Assembly: GCA_012295275.1 (NCBI GenBank)
Contig: CM022679.1
Location: 2,852,001-2,916,000 of the forward strand
Reading direction: 5' to 3'
From: Chrysomallon squamiferum
Taxonomy: Eukaryota; Animalia; Mollusca
Length of the DNA stretch: 64,000 nucleotides
A program made the translations under genes and the position numbers. Positions 1 to 14,400 of the stretch are shown here, piece by piece. How positions within the stretch are numbered: the stretch's first letter is position 1; each line of letters opens with the position of its first letter. The notes beneath the pieces were generated by a model. The model worked only from the letters and a program-made list of their open reading frames with translations. It made no database searches and was not told where the DNA came from.

Positions 1-1666
1 TGCTAAGGGCGATCGAAAATTAAAAAACTGACTAAATAAAGCGCTTGGCAGTTTCCACAGAAAGAAATTAGCTACAAGTTCTCACGAATCGATGACAGTC
101 AGGGCTGTCTAACCACCTCTGTAATTTATCGTGGATTCGCCGCGGTTGTATTCATTTAATACAGAAACATCAATCAAGTCAGAATCTCAGTACGAGATTG
201 ACTGCCGCTGTAAGAATGTTGTGGAAGGAAACTATGCAGAACAGAAGAAAAGATTATCGTAAAAAACTAAAAATGTGATTTTTGTTTGCTTTGAATCGAC
301 TTTACGATAACTGAAATGTAAAGCTGTATATGCGGGTAGCAGGAATCATATGTACATGTTTGGTTTCTTCTCGTTCTTCTTGTGTTGGCCAGTTTTCTCT
401 GGTAGACAGTGACACACGACTTTCTTCTTTAAAATATGGAAAGATATATAAATAATGATCTTTAGGTTAATAATACCCTTTTTATATTTGTTTTCTTGCT
501 CTTTTCTTTTTTTTTTTTCTTGTTTCTTTTTTATTTATTTATTTGTTTTAGCTTTCTTTCTTTCTTTTTTCTTGTTTTTCTTTCATCTTCAAAATACACA
601 TAAATTATTTTGTATTCTCTTTCACTAAAACTGACTATAAATTAAACAACATGTTTTGAATGTTGTTCGCGAGTTTTGTCTCTTACCTTTTAAAAACAAC
701 AACAAACAAACAAACAATATCGTATGCTATTTTTCGTTTCTTTTTGCGATAAAGATTAACGTAATAACGTATTACCGTCAGATAAATAAAACATCACGTA
801 TATTCGCTATATTATTACTTCCTATTTCGATTATCCATGTTGTCCATTCAGCGATGTAGAAAAACCTGAGCGTGACTAAATTTCTGTTCTGTTATTTAAT
901 CTTATTTTCAGCTTGACAGAAATATATCTTTGTTAAAATCATCGACAAAAGTGTATAGGTATAATTTTATTTACTAGGATCTACTTAGTGAAGTTTTATA
1001 ATGAAAACGTGGCCAAAGAAAGTGAGTATTGTCACTGCCTCTAGGCGGTCTAAAGCTCGGCGGTGTGTTTATTTATTTCTCACTACAATAACGGATCTTT
1101 GCGATATCAGGCTGATAATGTAACCTTTCTGTACAATCCAATAACCAGGCCTACTGACAGCGGGAGGGAGATGACGGTTTAATGTTTGTTATCGCAGTAG
1201 CACCGCAGTTTTCTGCGCATGTCGAGATATCAAATCTGATATGTTTGTCAAAGAGAGGCGGTCTCGGGTGCGGATCCAGAACTTTTTACACAGGGGTGGG
1301 GCTGCTACCCTTTGATGTTGGAGACTTTTATCAGGAATGGCCTCCCCACGTGTCCAGAGAACGAGCGAAGAACACTAAAATCATTCAAAACGAATGTTAG
1401 CACGTTGTTAAGTGAGTGGTCTCCACACATACTCCTCTATGGAGATTTTATACGTTGGCGAAGAAGACTGCAACAGAAATACAGAAATATTTTCTTACTC
1501 CAGTAAATAAAATGTATTAAGCGACATCTTTTGATGACATTTCGCAATATTCGTTTCAAGTTTTCTAACGGTTTTAAAGTCTGTTTAATTGATAAATAAA
1601 TTATTAGATATTTTTAGATACAAACGGAAGTAACAGATGCCAGCTGTTAGACCGCTTTAAGAAACC

Positions 1667-1786
1667 GATATGTGAAACACCTAATAACAGATATGTGAGA
1701 CACCTAATAACAGATATGTGAGACACCTAATAACAGATATGTGAGACACCTAATAACAGATATGTGAGACACCTAATAACAGATAT
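1667..1786 (+). repeat. 23-bp minisatellite x5
   Basis: (GATATGTGAGACACCTAATAACA)5, no spacers. Confidence 0.92.
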
Positions 1787-3059
1787 CCGTGAGATTTAAT
1801 AACCTTTATCTTTGACATCTAATAACATTTAAACACACGGTTCAATTACCCAGACCCTCAGTCATTCTACACTATTTATTTATTTATTTAAATTAAGATA
1901 GACTACATACACACATACAACCGTGTTAATCACCACAGTACGCTGCTTTTGTTTTACAGTTTCGCTCCTGGTTGTGTCCACACGAACTCTCCTTACAGTA
2001 ATTCTTTGTTGCTGTTAATCTTCGTTTACAAGTGGTTACTCGTGTCTGTCACCTGATTAAAGTTCGTGTAACTAAACGCTGTGTATGAACAAAAGCACGA
2101 TTACCCGTGGTCAAAGACCAAAGCGGCACACGTGGTTTTCAGAGGGCTGACGTGAATAGCGCAGATTAATCAAATACAAATCTTTCCTTTCAGATCCGCG
2201 GCCTGTGATTTGTGGCTAAATAATAGGCAAAATAAATACTGAAACAAAATACATTACAAGTAGCCCGCTGCCAGGTCTTCCGACTAAAGTCACAAGAGAC
2301 TCGGTGCAAGAAGTTAAAGCGTTTTAACAAACGAAGGGAAATTGTGAGGGGTGCATTCAGTTTGTAGACTCTGGGTTATAGAAATCAGTCGAGTGGTTCT
2401 GAGAAATTCAGGTGTGTGTGTGTGTGTTTTGAAGAGAAATGTAGCGAATATTAAGTCAGAATTACACGTTCAAACAGAGGGACGTTTTACAGAAACAGAT
2501 ATACACTTTGTCTGAGAACGAGATTTTTTGTATGAATGTATGTACGTGTGTGTACGTGCGTGTATGTGTGTTTGTGTATTTGTGTTATATATAGAAACAG
2601 ATACACAGATACAAAGCTTTGTTTATGTATCAGCGAGTAAGAAAGATGTGTGTCTATCTGTACATTTGTTTGTATGTGTTTGCATTTTATTATTACAATT
2701 CTATATTTAAATAGTGTACTAGATAGTCTCTTTTCATCTGTAAGTAAACAGTAATTATATGCGATTCCACATCATAGTTTTATATGTTACAAAACACATC
2801 ACTAATATTTCTCAAATGCGAGTGTTATGTGCATTTGTGTATGGAGTAATATACAGATAGATAGATATAGATATATATATAATATGATACATACACATAC
2901 ATATATATATATATGTGGGAACACACAGACATATACACATACATATATGCGTACGTTCGCATGCACATAACAGATACAACACACAGACACATACAAAAAA
3001 AAAAAAAAAAGAAAACTATAGTTCTACAATGAAAAGACAAAACATTTCAGCGTACTTAC

Positions 3060-4048
3060 TTGAAATAATGAAACATACATGCCTCGGGATTTTCGGCCAA
3101 ACAATCCACCGGCCAGTGACGCAAAAACCCCACACTCCTGGAACAAAATTTAATCAAACTTTTATCCATACTGTCAACACATTTCTTTTATTTCTAATAA
3201 ATCCATACCGTCATCACGTTTTGAAGCTTCCTATTCCAGACGCCGGCTACCACAAAACTGTCTCAAACACAGCTCAGAGCACCATGGAAGCGCAACTACT
3301 GATGTGCTTAGAGTAAGTAAGTCGTGTATATGGCATGTAACGTAGTTTTCTTCATCGGCTCAGTGGTTTTCTTGTTAATAGTTTCCAGATAATATGAACG
3401 TAAACCTGTCGGTCCTATTGATCACCGGTAAGACGTTGATGGAATGCCACACACACACAACAAGCGTATCATTGTTTTATCATAAGTCTCTTTTCACCGT
3501 ACAATGGGTTGGTTTTTTTTTGTAATCTTTTTTTTTTTTTTTATCAGTGACTACGTATTTCCGTCTACTGCAATTCGAGTTCATATCAGAAAATGATAAT
3601 CACTAGCAGTCTAAGTTTCGCAGATCAGGATAGATCGAAAAATGACGTCAAAGGGGTGAATGGTTTTTAATACTGAACTGAATAAATCCATTATATTTAC
3701 ATTTGATATTGCTGAGCTGTACTGTGCTCTGTTTATATTGCATTTCTTGTACACTGTAGTTTTTAATGTGTTGTAGACTGTTCGTACAGTACTGTGTAAT
3801 AACCTTTTTTACTGCAATATCCAGTATTATATTTATAATCACATATTGTATACAGACTGACAAATAGACGAACGGATAGATGTTTAGATAGATAGGTAAA
3901 CAGACCGATAGGTAGACAGAAAAAAAACACAAAGACTGTTAGATATAGAGATTAACATGCAAAGAGATTCTGATGGCTATAGACTTCGTGCTACACACAC
4001 ACACATTAACACAAAATATTAATAAATAAATAAGTAAATAAATACATA

Positions 4049-4092
<44 letters not shown>

Positions 4093-4114
4093 TAACAATA
4101 ACAATAACAACATA

Positions 4115-4152
<38 letters not shown>

Positions 4153-4187
4153 TAACAATAACAATAACAACATAAATAATAATAATG

Positions 4188-4226
<39 letters not shown>

Positions 4227-4600
4227 TGCATCAAACAGACGGGATAATTTGTTTTTATCCAGTTCTGGGAGCTGATAATAAAAGGGACTAGTGTTATGAC
4301 TCTGCTCCAATTACTTCTGAAGAAAATTACATTATCAGGATTCGATCCCGGTATCCATCACGACACGATGAGACAAAAAGTCATGGTCGTTATGAATATG
4401 TATTAAGATGCATTCTACACTGGTTTGACGTTCTCCATTGTTAGTATGGAGTGTTGAGGCTTTATATCAGCTCAAATGTCGCCACAATCGAGTTGTAAAA
4501 ACACTACAACAATTCAGTGACGTTATTTTGTTTTGTATATAATATCGCATGAATTCAGACTTTTGAGTGTGTAATATGATCCATATCGCTCATTTGAATA

Positions 4601-4653
<53 letters not shown>

Positions 4654-5093
4654 CTTTTCATTTTGTCGGTCTTTTGTGGAGAGGTGGGTTATTTATTTAT
4701 TTTATTTTTTGTGGGGAGGGTGTTTGTTGTTTTGTTGGTTGGTTTTCTTGTTTGTTGATTTTTGGGAGGAGTGTTCATTTCTTTGTTTTTCTTTAGATTT
4801 TGTTTGTCACTAAAGTTTTTGTATTATTATTGTTTTTAAACAACAGTCTCAGCACATTTAACTATTAACTGTGAGTGAAACATTTTTCGTGTAATGATAA
4901 TATAAAATGATAGAGAAAATGTTCTACTGTCACTGAATGATTTAGTATTATCACAGAATCAGTTAATATTTGATAGCTTGTCGCAGAAAATACATAACAT
5001 ATTTAGTACACCAGTCACCAGCTCTAGCAAGAATGGGACATATCAGACTTTTTTCTCTCTTTTTTTTTAATGTGTAGTAAAAATAAATAAATA

Positions 5094-5133
<40 letters not shown>

Positions 5134-5327
5134 TACGTCATTATAATAGTTTCGGATGGATGAGAGCATGAATAGATGGACGGACACGATGATAGTTAAT
5201 TTCCCGTTCTAACCTGATGAATGAGTTGTGATCTGGATCATTCAGATTCTGCAGTCCTCCCGACATAAAAATATCTTTGAAATCCTGAAAAAAATAGTCA
5301 ACATCATGTATATAATTATGTTGGTAT

Positions 5328-5375
<48 letters not shown>

Positions 5376-6082
5376 TGTGCAATGATTATGTGTGTATATA
5401 TATACTGTATATACACATACTCACACACATACACATACACATACACACACACCTAACCTGTACATATACGCAGTAGTTCTGTCTGTCTGTATGTATGTGT
5501 GTCTAAGTGTGTGTATGTATGTATGTATGTATGTACAACCTACCTGTACAGATATACACAGGAGCTCTGTACGTCTGTCTGTACGTGTTACTAAGTGTAT
5601 GTATGTATGTGTGTGTGTATGTATGTATGTATGTATGTATATATGTGTGTGTATGTATGTATGTATGTGTGTATGTATGTATGTACAACCTACCTGTACA
5701 GATATACACAGCAGCTCTGTACGTCTGTCTGTATGTGTTACTAAGTGTATGTATGTATGTATGTATGTATGTATGTATGTATGTATGAATGTATGTATGT
5801 GTGTATGTATGTATGTACAACCTACCTGTACAGATATACACAGCAGCTCTGTATCTGTCTGAGTGCTCACAGTAGCCTGGCGTCTTCGTCTTGTTACTAC
5901 AGCCAGCTCCTTGAAAAACAAGTCTGCTCCATTACAAACACGTCTACCACTCACAATGTTAAACATGCAAACACACCAACACATCAACTGTAACTTGTTC
6001 ATTCATTAGTAGCGTAAATATTGTATACTTTGGTGGAAGAATTAGTAGTGGTGGGAATAGTAGCAGTAGCAGTAGCAGTAGC

Positions 6083-6117
<35 letters not shown>

Positions 6118-8146
6118 AAGTAGTAGTAGTACTGGTGGTAGTGGTGATGTTGATAATGGTAATGATAATTGTAATGGTAGTGGTAGAGGTAGCGGTGGTT
6201 GTTGTAGTGGTAGCGACAACGGCAGAAACAGTGCTAGAATTAGTAGTAATAGTGTAGACGTAGTAGTAATAGTAGTAGTCGTGGTAGTCGGGAAATTAAT
6301 TTTAATATTTTCTTTTTTTTTTGAATGTGTTGTTTGATATGTTATTGTTGCTACTTCTGTTGTTTTTGTTTTTGTTACAGACGACTGAACACGAGCACGT
6401 TTGATACGAGCAGGAGACTCTAAACAAATCTCTCGTGCCATAGCTCAGAGTGTGCGTCACAGTTTTTTCATTTTTTAAACAGAAGTGTTTTGTACTGAAG
6501 CAGTGGAGTAGCTTTTCATATAGTAAAATAACTTTCATGGTTTTTTTTATGGATACACTCCGTGATTTTAGTTTAACCGCTGCGTCTTCATTTAACTCTT
6601 TGTAATCGTGTATTTTTTTTGGGGGGGGGGGGGTTGGTAGGGCGTTTTCTGTGGTTTTTGCTGTTTTACTTTTTATTATTATTATTATTAACGGGGTTAT
6701 TTTGTGGGGTTTTTTTTAGTGTGTTATTTTTATTTATTATTATTTCTTTTTGGGGTATGGGGTGACATTTGAAATCCTTTTCAGAACAAGAAAATCTAAA
6801 TTGAAACTTATTTTTATTTGTATTTTTATCTCTTATTTCTATTTCTGTAATTTGTAATACAATCAAGAATTTAACAAATTCTACCGTTAGGTTATATTGT
6901 AGTTAGGTTATGTTGTAGTTAGGTTAAACTGTAGTTAGGTTATATTGTAGTTAGGTTATATTGTAGTTAGGTTATGTTGTAGTTAGGTTATATTGTAGTT
7001 AGGTTATGTTGTAGTTAGGTTAAACTGTAGTTAGGTTATATTGTAGTGGTTTAGATCATCTGTGTTCGATCTGCTTGACCTGACACATTTATGACGTCAC
7101 AGCATTACTTTATGTTAGCAAAGCAGCATGTACATGCATACATACAAGACACACACACACACACACAAATTATCAAGTACATACATATACTCATAGAAAA
7201 AACATACACTATAATAATTACCGAAATGCACACAACTAGACCAAAACACAAACATACCCAAACGTACTGCTATCCATACAAACAGCTATATACGAATACA
7301 ACTACACAACTAGATACACAAATATACACATGCATATACATTACACACACAGACACACAGACGCACACAGATACAGTTAGGATGTGGTAAGACTACTAAC
7401 CCCAAACGACATCCCTCTGTTCAGTGATACCAGTGTCCGTGCACTCGAGCCTTCGTGTGTGGTCACTATCACTGTCCAATATCAACAAACAAACAAATAA
7501 GTAAACTAATAAATAAATAAATAAACAAATAAGCAAATAAATAGACATACAATTAATTAGTTAAATAAGTAATTAAAATTTTGTAAAAATCAAAACAAAG
7601 CAAAATAAAATAAAATTGAATAAAATAAAATAAAATAAAATAAAATAAAATAAAACAAAACAAAACAAAACAAAACAAAACAAAATAAAATAAAATAAAA
7701 TAACTAAATAAAAAGAAAATAAATTTCAAATTTATTACTACAATAAATTACAAATCGCAAATCAATAATATTACAATATTAATTAATAATAAATAAACAA
7801 ATGAAACTAAATAAATAAGTAAGGAAATAAGCAAAGAATAAAACAAACAAATAAATAATAAATAAAAATAATTAAAAATGCAAATAAATAAATAAACAAA
7901 CAGACACAAATAAATATAAACATGTACAATAAACAACATAAATAAAAGAACAAACAATAAATAAACACACAAACAAACAAATAAATAATAAATTAAAATA
8001 ATTAAGTATGGAAATAAATAAATAAACTACGTAAAAAGAACAAAATAAATAAATGAATAAGTGAACAAACAAAAAATATATAATTTGTCAAACAAATGTA
8101 CCAACAAACAACGAACAAACAGACAGACAGACAGACAAACAGACAA

Positions 8147-8189
<43 letters not shown>

Positions 8190-8699
8190 AACAAATTGAG
8201 TACCTGTACCAGAGATGATGAAGTAAAACGCGTGAGGAGGGTGTCCCTCTCTGATGATCGCTCTTTTTGGTTCGTAGCTGAAACAGAAAAATTTACATTT
8301 CACAGTTTGAGAGCACAACTAAAATAAAATGCAGAGATATGAAACAACAGAATCGCCTTTCTGTCTAACTAACTTTCTAACACACTAACACCGTCTTGAA
8401 TGCAAGCCCACACTTGTAGACTGCATGTCTTACGAATTTTCACATTTTCACGTTATTTCTTCTTCATCTTATATCTCTTAATAACGAGTAAGCTGATGTT
8501 TTTATTTTAAATATTGCAAAATGGTTATTACATTTATGATGTTATAGTTTCTGTAAAACAATACTTACTTTTCGTACCATCCCACTTCACACAGTTTCCG
8601 TTGCATTCTTCGTGGATACTCGGCAAAAGCCGGAATACTGCACAGAATTATAATGAGCTGAAAACAAATAACAGTATTAATACAAATTAGTCTAATTTA

Positions 8700-8751
<52 letters not shown>

Positions 8752-9524
8752 TGCTGTTGCAGCTGTTATGTTATATATGTAATAAAAGGAAAAGAAAAAG
8801 GCAGAAGGCAGACAGCAAGATATAGACAAAAACGAACCCCCGGACGAATAGACATAAATAAGAAAGATAACTCACATATTGTAGATCAGTCTCGGTTCTG
8901 TCCCTTGGATTCATCTGCAACAATCTTTTCGCTTCTTGACCAAGTCTTTCCTATAAACATGCATTGTACGATGTAAATTATTAAAGTTCGCCGATAAATG
9001 ATTAACAAATTTATTTTTGAATGTGGATGACACACACTGCACGTTCCAACGTTTGACACGAAGCAGATTCATTAGCGCCGGCCAATCAGATTGTTTGTTA
9101 CATTATTAGTGACTATTTCGCACATTTGTTCTTTATCATATTTTGCTGAAACGTTGGCAACAATTTTCAGTCGAGAGAACGATAAAATAGCTTATAGAGA
9201 AAACTTTGTAAACTCCTCGAAACAAATTGGGAGGTGACTAATATACTGAAAACAGCATTTTACAGAATTCACAATTTAGTTGAAATGTGTTATACTTTTC
9301 ACTCTGTTTTCGCGGGCGTAATTTTTTGGTTTTGGTAAAATATAATTGTATTATATTTGGAGGTGGTGTTTTATTTTTTTTTTTTTTTTTTTTTTGTGTA
9401 TGTGTGTCTTTTTAAAAATTATTACTATAATTATTTTTATTTCTTTAATTGTTTGTTTTGTTGTTGCTCTTTGTTGTATTTTTGTTGTTTAACGAATAAA
9501 TCAATAAATAAAGAAATTATTTAA

Positions 9525-9581
<57 letters not shown>

Positions 9582-9862
9582 CTTATATTTCCAAAAGATA
9601 AAAAATATGTATAAATATTTGTTCTGTTAGTCGATAAATTTCCCTTTTCCACTCTCGCCATACCTCAGTATTGGCTTTGAAGTCTTTGGGGTCGAACACA
9701 AGCCCTCGTCTGTCGATGACGGCGCCATATTCTTCAGAAACTTGTAATATAGACAGAAATTCATCGCCAGAATCTTTCAAACTAAATAAATAACAACATC
9801 GTTTTTAATAATAATATCAACAACAACGACAATAACATACATATATTAAATTTAATATCAAA

Positions 9863-9905
<43 letters not shown>

Positions 9906-11056
9906 GTATATATTATCCAGGATCACCCTACAGATGGAGAATTAATAAGAAAATTTAAACATATATTTAAACAGTCTAAATGCAAATATGCTTACAGGTT
10001 TTGCGTAAATTCTTACAAGAGTAAACATAAATCTTTGCAAATAATAAAGTACAACAAGTCTACGAGTAACTGATTAAAATTAACTTAGCTGATCAGAATT
10101 TAACGTAAACGGAAGAGAAAAATGCAGCCTTTCCGATTACAAGTAAGGAATTTTGCTTCTTTTATATAATTTCCTAATATCTGAATCTGCGTGCCTGAAT
10201 ACTGTGCTGCTATTTCGTTAAGAAAGTTCAAATAAATACATTAACTAAATGTGTTTGTTTGCGTACGTGCGTGTGTGTGTGAATTTTTGAATTTTTGTCT
10301 GAATTAATAAATTTTGTCATCCAAAAAGCGATGATAAAAAAATTAATTAAAGTTCCCTTCGTTAAACAAATATTTGACATTGCAAATGATACATTGCTCC
10401 AGTGGTGTCGTAAATAACAGCCGATGAAAAAAATCAGTTAATATTTTCTTATGGTGTCGTGAACAAGCTAGAGAAGAAAAAAGATGTTTTCTAGATGGGT
10501 CTTAAACAGTATCGACAGAAATATTATTTTCTGGTAATATAAACAGAAAACGTCAGTAATGAAATGTGACTTACCTTTTGTAACTGGTTTTGAAAAGTCG
10601 GATACAGATTAGAGTCAGTCTGACATAGCGACGAAATCTGACAACAGGGGGCACTTTAGTCTGAAACACAGCAAATATTTTTATTTTAAACAAACATGTC
10701 TGTTAGTTTCCATATATAGTACTCAGTCAACAGTTCTGTCTGTTTTCAAAAAATATGTCAGAACTTTTTCTGCTTTGAACATAAACGGAAGTGTACAGTA
10801 GCCAATGCAATTTTGTTATGAGATATAAAAAATTTAACACCAAAACAATCAAATACAACCTGTTAACATGAATTATATTTTACAAATGCAAACCCAAATT
10901 CGAGAATTCAGAAATCCCTTTAATTTATTCCACGTACACATGTTGTGAAAAGAATACAAAATTTGTAATGAAAACAGACAATATCTGTTTTGCATACAAA
11001 TATTTTGAATCTGCGTGCTTTCTCTACAAACAACGTACCAGAGTCATTTCCAGCAT
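3060..11056 (-). CDS. Cyclic nucleotide-binding domain protein (CNBD2-like), multi-exon, 3' part not traced
   Basis: Phase-compatible GT-AG exons: 11056-11039 (MLEMTL, tentative), 10660-10575, 9781-9664 (LVFDPKDFKANTE), 8950-8876, 8657-8569 (FAEYPRRMQRKLCEVGWYE), 8277-8204 (YEPKRAIIREGHPPHAFYFIISGT), 7471-7401 (LNRGMSFG), 5909-5826 (ELAVVTRRRRQATV), 5284-5214, 3137-3060 (FLRHWPVDCL). IIREG..FYFIISG..G.SFGELA..R.ATV is the cNMP-binding domain signature. Exons downstream of 3060 were not found. Confidence 0.85.
4018..4226 (+). repeat. (AAT)n/(AACAAT)n compound microsatellite
   Basis: Direct reading. Confidence 0.92.
5455..5853 (-). repeat. Tandem duplications of a CNBD exon end + splice donor + (ATAC)n
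   Basis: CCTACCTGTACAGATATACACAG at 5539, 5689 and 5821; degenerate copy near 5452. Confidence 0.88.
6886..7047 (+). repeat. 16-bp minisatellite x10
   Basis: (GTTAGGTTATRTTGTA)n. Confidence 0.92.
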
Positions 11057-11211
11057 TTCCTACTTGTACAAAACATTTTATATTTCTTACTTGTTGATTC
11101 CTGACATTTATATTAATATACCATACTTCATTTTCTCGTATTTTAGTATTGCTATAATCAAATATTTTGTCTTTGTATATCGATTCTGTTTACACAGATC
11201 AGTGTTTATAG

Positions 11212-11411
11212 NNNNNNNNNNNNNNNNNNNNNNNNNNNNNNNNNNNNNNNNNNNNNNNNNNNNNNNNNNNNNNNNNNNNNNNNNNNNNNNNNNNNNNNNN
11301 NNNNNNNNNNNNNNNNNNNNNNNNNNNNNNNNNNNNNNNNNNNNNNNNNNNNNNNNNNNNNNNNNNNNNNNNNNNNNNNNNNNNNNNNNNNNNNNNNNNN
11401 NNNNNNNNNNN
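11212..11411. other. Assembly gap (200 N)
   Basis: Run of n. It probably hides the CCDC96 start and the promoter between the two divergent genes. Confidence 0.99.
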
Positions 11412-14400
11412 GAAGGAGAAAAAGTGGAAGGAGAAGAAGAAACCTGAGGGAGAGGAAGGAGAAAACTGGAAGAGGTGTAGAAGGAGCTGAAAGGAGAAAG
11501 GTTAAGTGAGGAGAAGAAGAGAGATGAGGAAGCTATCACAACTGTGGGTAAGAGAAGTGAAGAAGATGTTGCTGTTGCAGTCAGTAATAACTCAGGAAAA
11601 AGAAAGATGAAAGAGAGGGTGAAAGAAAGAGGAAGAAAGTCAGTCACCACTTCCCAAAGGTAAAATAAAACAAACATATTATTTTATCACATTTTTTACT
11701 TTCTATTGCATTTTATATTTACAGAATTTATAAAATTAACTTTAACTGATATAGTTAAAGCATTTTGTAAGTCCAACACTCTACAGCTTATCCTGAATTA
11801 GCATCTGTATTTCTAATCTTTAATTAGCCTTTCTAATTAGTTAAAATAATGAAGTTGAAAATTGAAATGTGAAGCTAAATTTTGTTTTGGTTATTAATCA
11901 AAGCTTTTGGCACTTTGGATTCCAGATTTTCTGTTTTAAATGACTTGCAAAGTCTGATCAGGATCCACATATAATTTTAAGTGAAACCAATATAAGTTCT
12001 ACTGTACCATTGCAGAAGAATAGAATTTTTAATTTCTTCTACCATTAATAAATTGTTATTGTGTAAAAACAACTTTTATATTAGATGTAGATATAGATAT
12101 AGATTATGTTGTGTTGTGTTGTGTTGTGTTATATTATATTACATTATTTTATATGTTCTGTCATGTTATGTTATATTTTCTGGTAGAGTGATACGTTTGA
12201 AGAGGGAGAAAGACCGGCAAGTCCTGAAAGAATTGGAGAAAAACTTTCTCGTGAACCAACACCCTGAGAGAACCTCCTGCAGAGCCTGTCACCGACATAA
12301 AACCAGACTCACCTTTTGGTAAGTTTGCTTTGCCTTTGTGTCTGTATGTATGTCTGTGCACAGTCTTTCTGAGCTTCTGCTTGTGTGAATGGATGGGAGG
12401 AATGTGAATCTGAATGTGTGTAGATGGGTTGTGGATGAGTGAGTGGATGGTTGGATTTGAATGTAAATGGAAGAGGTTGGATTTACATATGTGTGGATGG
12501 AGGGATGGATGGTTAGATGTAAATATGCACGAATGAATGGGTATATGATGCATGTGAATGTGTCTGAATGGATGATTAGATGATATATATATCTGGGATA
12601 TCAAAGCAAGTTAGCAAATGGATGATGGTCAGTAATTATTATTAATATTTAGATGAGTTGATGATGAATGGAAGCATGTTAGAATTAACTGATGTATGGA
12701 CAAATGGATGGGTAATAGATGGAAGAGTGTTTGGTGCCAGTGACAGTGTCTAAAACAAGACCAGATGTTTACTGAGTACACATATGACAGTAATTTGCTG
12801 TTGCTTTGTTCAGATGAAGAAGGAAAGCATGTCCACGACACAGTGTACGAGGAGGGTGAAGAGTTAGAAATGGAGGAAGAAGAAGAAGAAGCTGAAGAAG
12901 AAGTAGTACCAACATTTGACAGAGAGGCACTTATAGAGAAATATCATGTATGTCATTTGATACAGTTTGTTATAGAGAAATATCATCTGTTTGGTTTTGA
13001 CAGAGAGGTTCTTCTAGAGAAATATCACAAATGTAGTGTGATGTAGAAAATATTTGGTTGTGGTAACATTTTAACTTAAATATATTTTAAGACATATGAT
13101 GAAGTGTCCATTTGCTGACACAAACAAACAGATTATATTAGCTTCTTTGAGTATTATTAATTCCTAGTGGCAAAGGTTTTCTAATAATAAAATAAACAAC
13201 TGGAGGTGAGTAAGTGTGAATGGACAAGTGGATGAGAATACATGTGAAGACATTTTGCTTTCTTTTTGTGTACTTATACTTAATCTTAAACTCTTATTCA
13301 ACAGTAATAATAATCTTGATGTATAAGAAAGGTGATTTAGTAGAAATTATCTATCAAGCTTTTAATTTGTGAAATAAAAGCTTCATTTGTCTCTGTGTTT
13401 GTCCAGTCCATCCTGTCAGAAAGAGAAGTGTTACAGAATCATAACCTGCAGCTTCAGACAAAACTCAGTGATTATTTCCGCAAGAAGAAAGCAGACGAGA
13501 GGCAGGATTACGACAAAAACGTCACAGATCAGGAACAGCGATATCTCAAATACATGGGTACTTGTTTGTTCGTCCATCCACACATCCACCCAAATATCTT
13601 TCTAACTATTAATCAGTTCTTAATTGGTTGATTTGTTCATCCATTCATTAATTAATGTTCTTATCATTTTTTTTTTTTTTATCCATACATTAATTTTTTA
13701 TTTTTTTTTTATTATTTACTCACTCGTTCATACAGCTTTTTATACTTCATCATTTCATCATCAAATATTTGTGGTCCATTATCTCATTTTTGTCTCACTT
13801 ATTAACTCGTCCAATTATCCCTCCCTTAATTCATTCATTTATTCATTCATCCATCCATCCATTCATTAAAATCATCCATCCATCCATCACTGGTGTTTTC
13901 TGTTTGTGTGCTGCAGCTCAGCTGGAAGATCTGCGAAGACAGGACATGCAGCAGAGGGAGTTGTACCAGAACCAGATTGAGGACCACAAGGCGAGGTGCG
14001 AGGAGAAGCGAGACAGAGTGGACGAGGAGAGGCAGAAGTTCATGGAGTTCAAGAAACAGATTGCTCTTAGTGCGATAAACACACGCTCAGGAAAACCCAT
14101 CGCACCAAAGGTTAAGAACACTTTGATTATTGTTCTGCTGATACATCCGTGGATGAAAATTTATTAAACACACACAATCTTCTTTCTTTTTTAAATCCAT
14201 AAATATAATAAAAAATAATAAATAAATAAATAAATAAATAAATAAAAATTAAATTAAATTAAATTTTAAAAAAATATAAAAATTAATAATAAGAAGAAGA
14301 AAAGAAAGAAAGAAAGATGGAAATAAAATAAAATAAAATAACATTTAAATAATAATAATAATCTTTTCCAACAGCTCTGTGTACCTGCTGAAACCTAATA

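Noticed and set aside
1667-1803. 23-bp direct repeats resembling a CRISPR array
   Set aside because: Units are contiguous with no unique spacers, there are no cas genes and the context is eukaryotic; it is a minisatellite.
1-3000. Further CNBD exons (candidates near 355-428, 1423-1457 and 2280-2398)
   Set aside because: Acceptor-like sites exist, but no phase-consistent, recognisable continuation could be built.
3939-6441. Long ORFs of poly-Y/I/L/V, (CV)n and (HT)n
   Set aside because: These are translations of microsatellites; only the short embedded CNBD exons are real.
6886-7047. TTAGG-containing array as an interstitial telomere
   Set aside because: TTAGG is only part of a 16-bp unit, not a pure telomeric repeat.
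12053-12322. ORF-track frame (RVIRLKREKDRQ...) as the CCDC96 exon
   Set aside because: Its exit phase conflicts with the next exon. The acidic Pro-rich reading in the other frames, with one indel, fits better.
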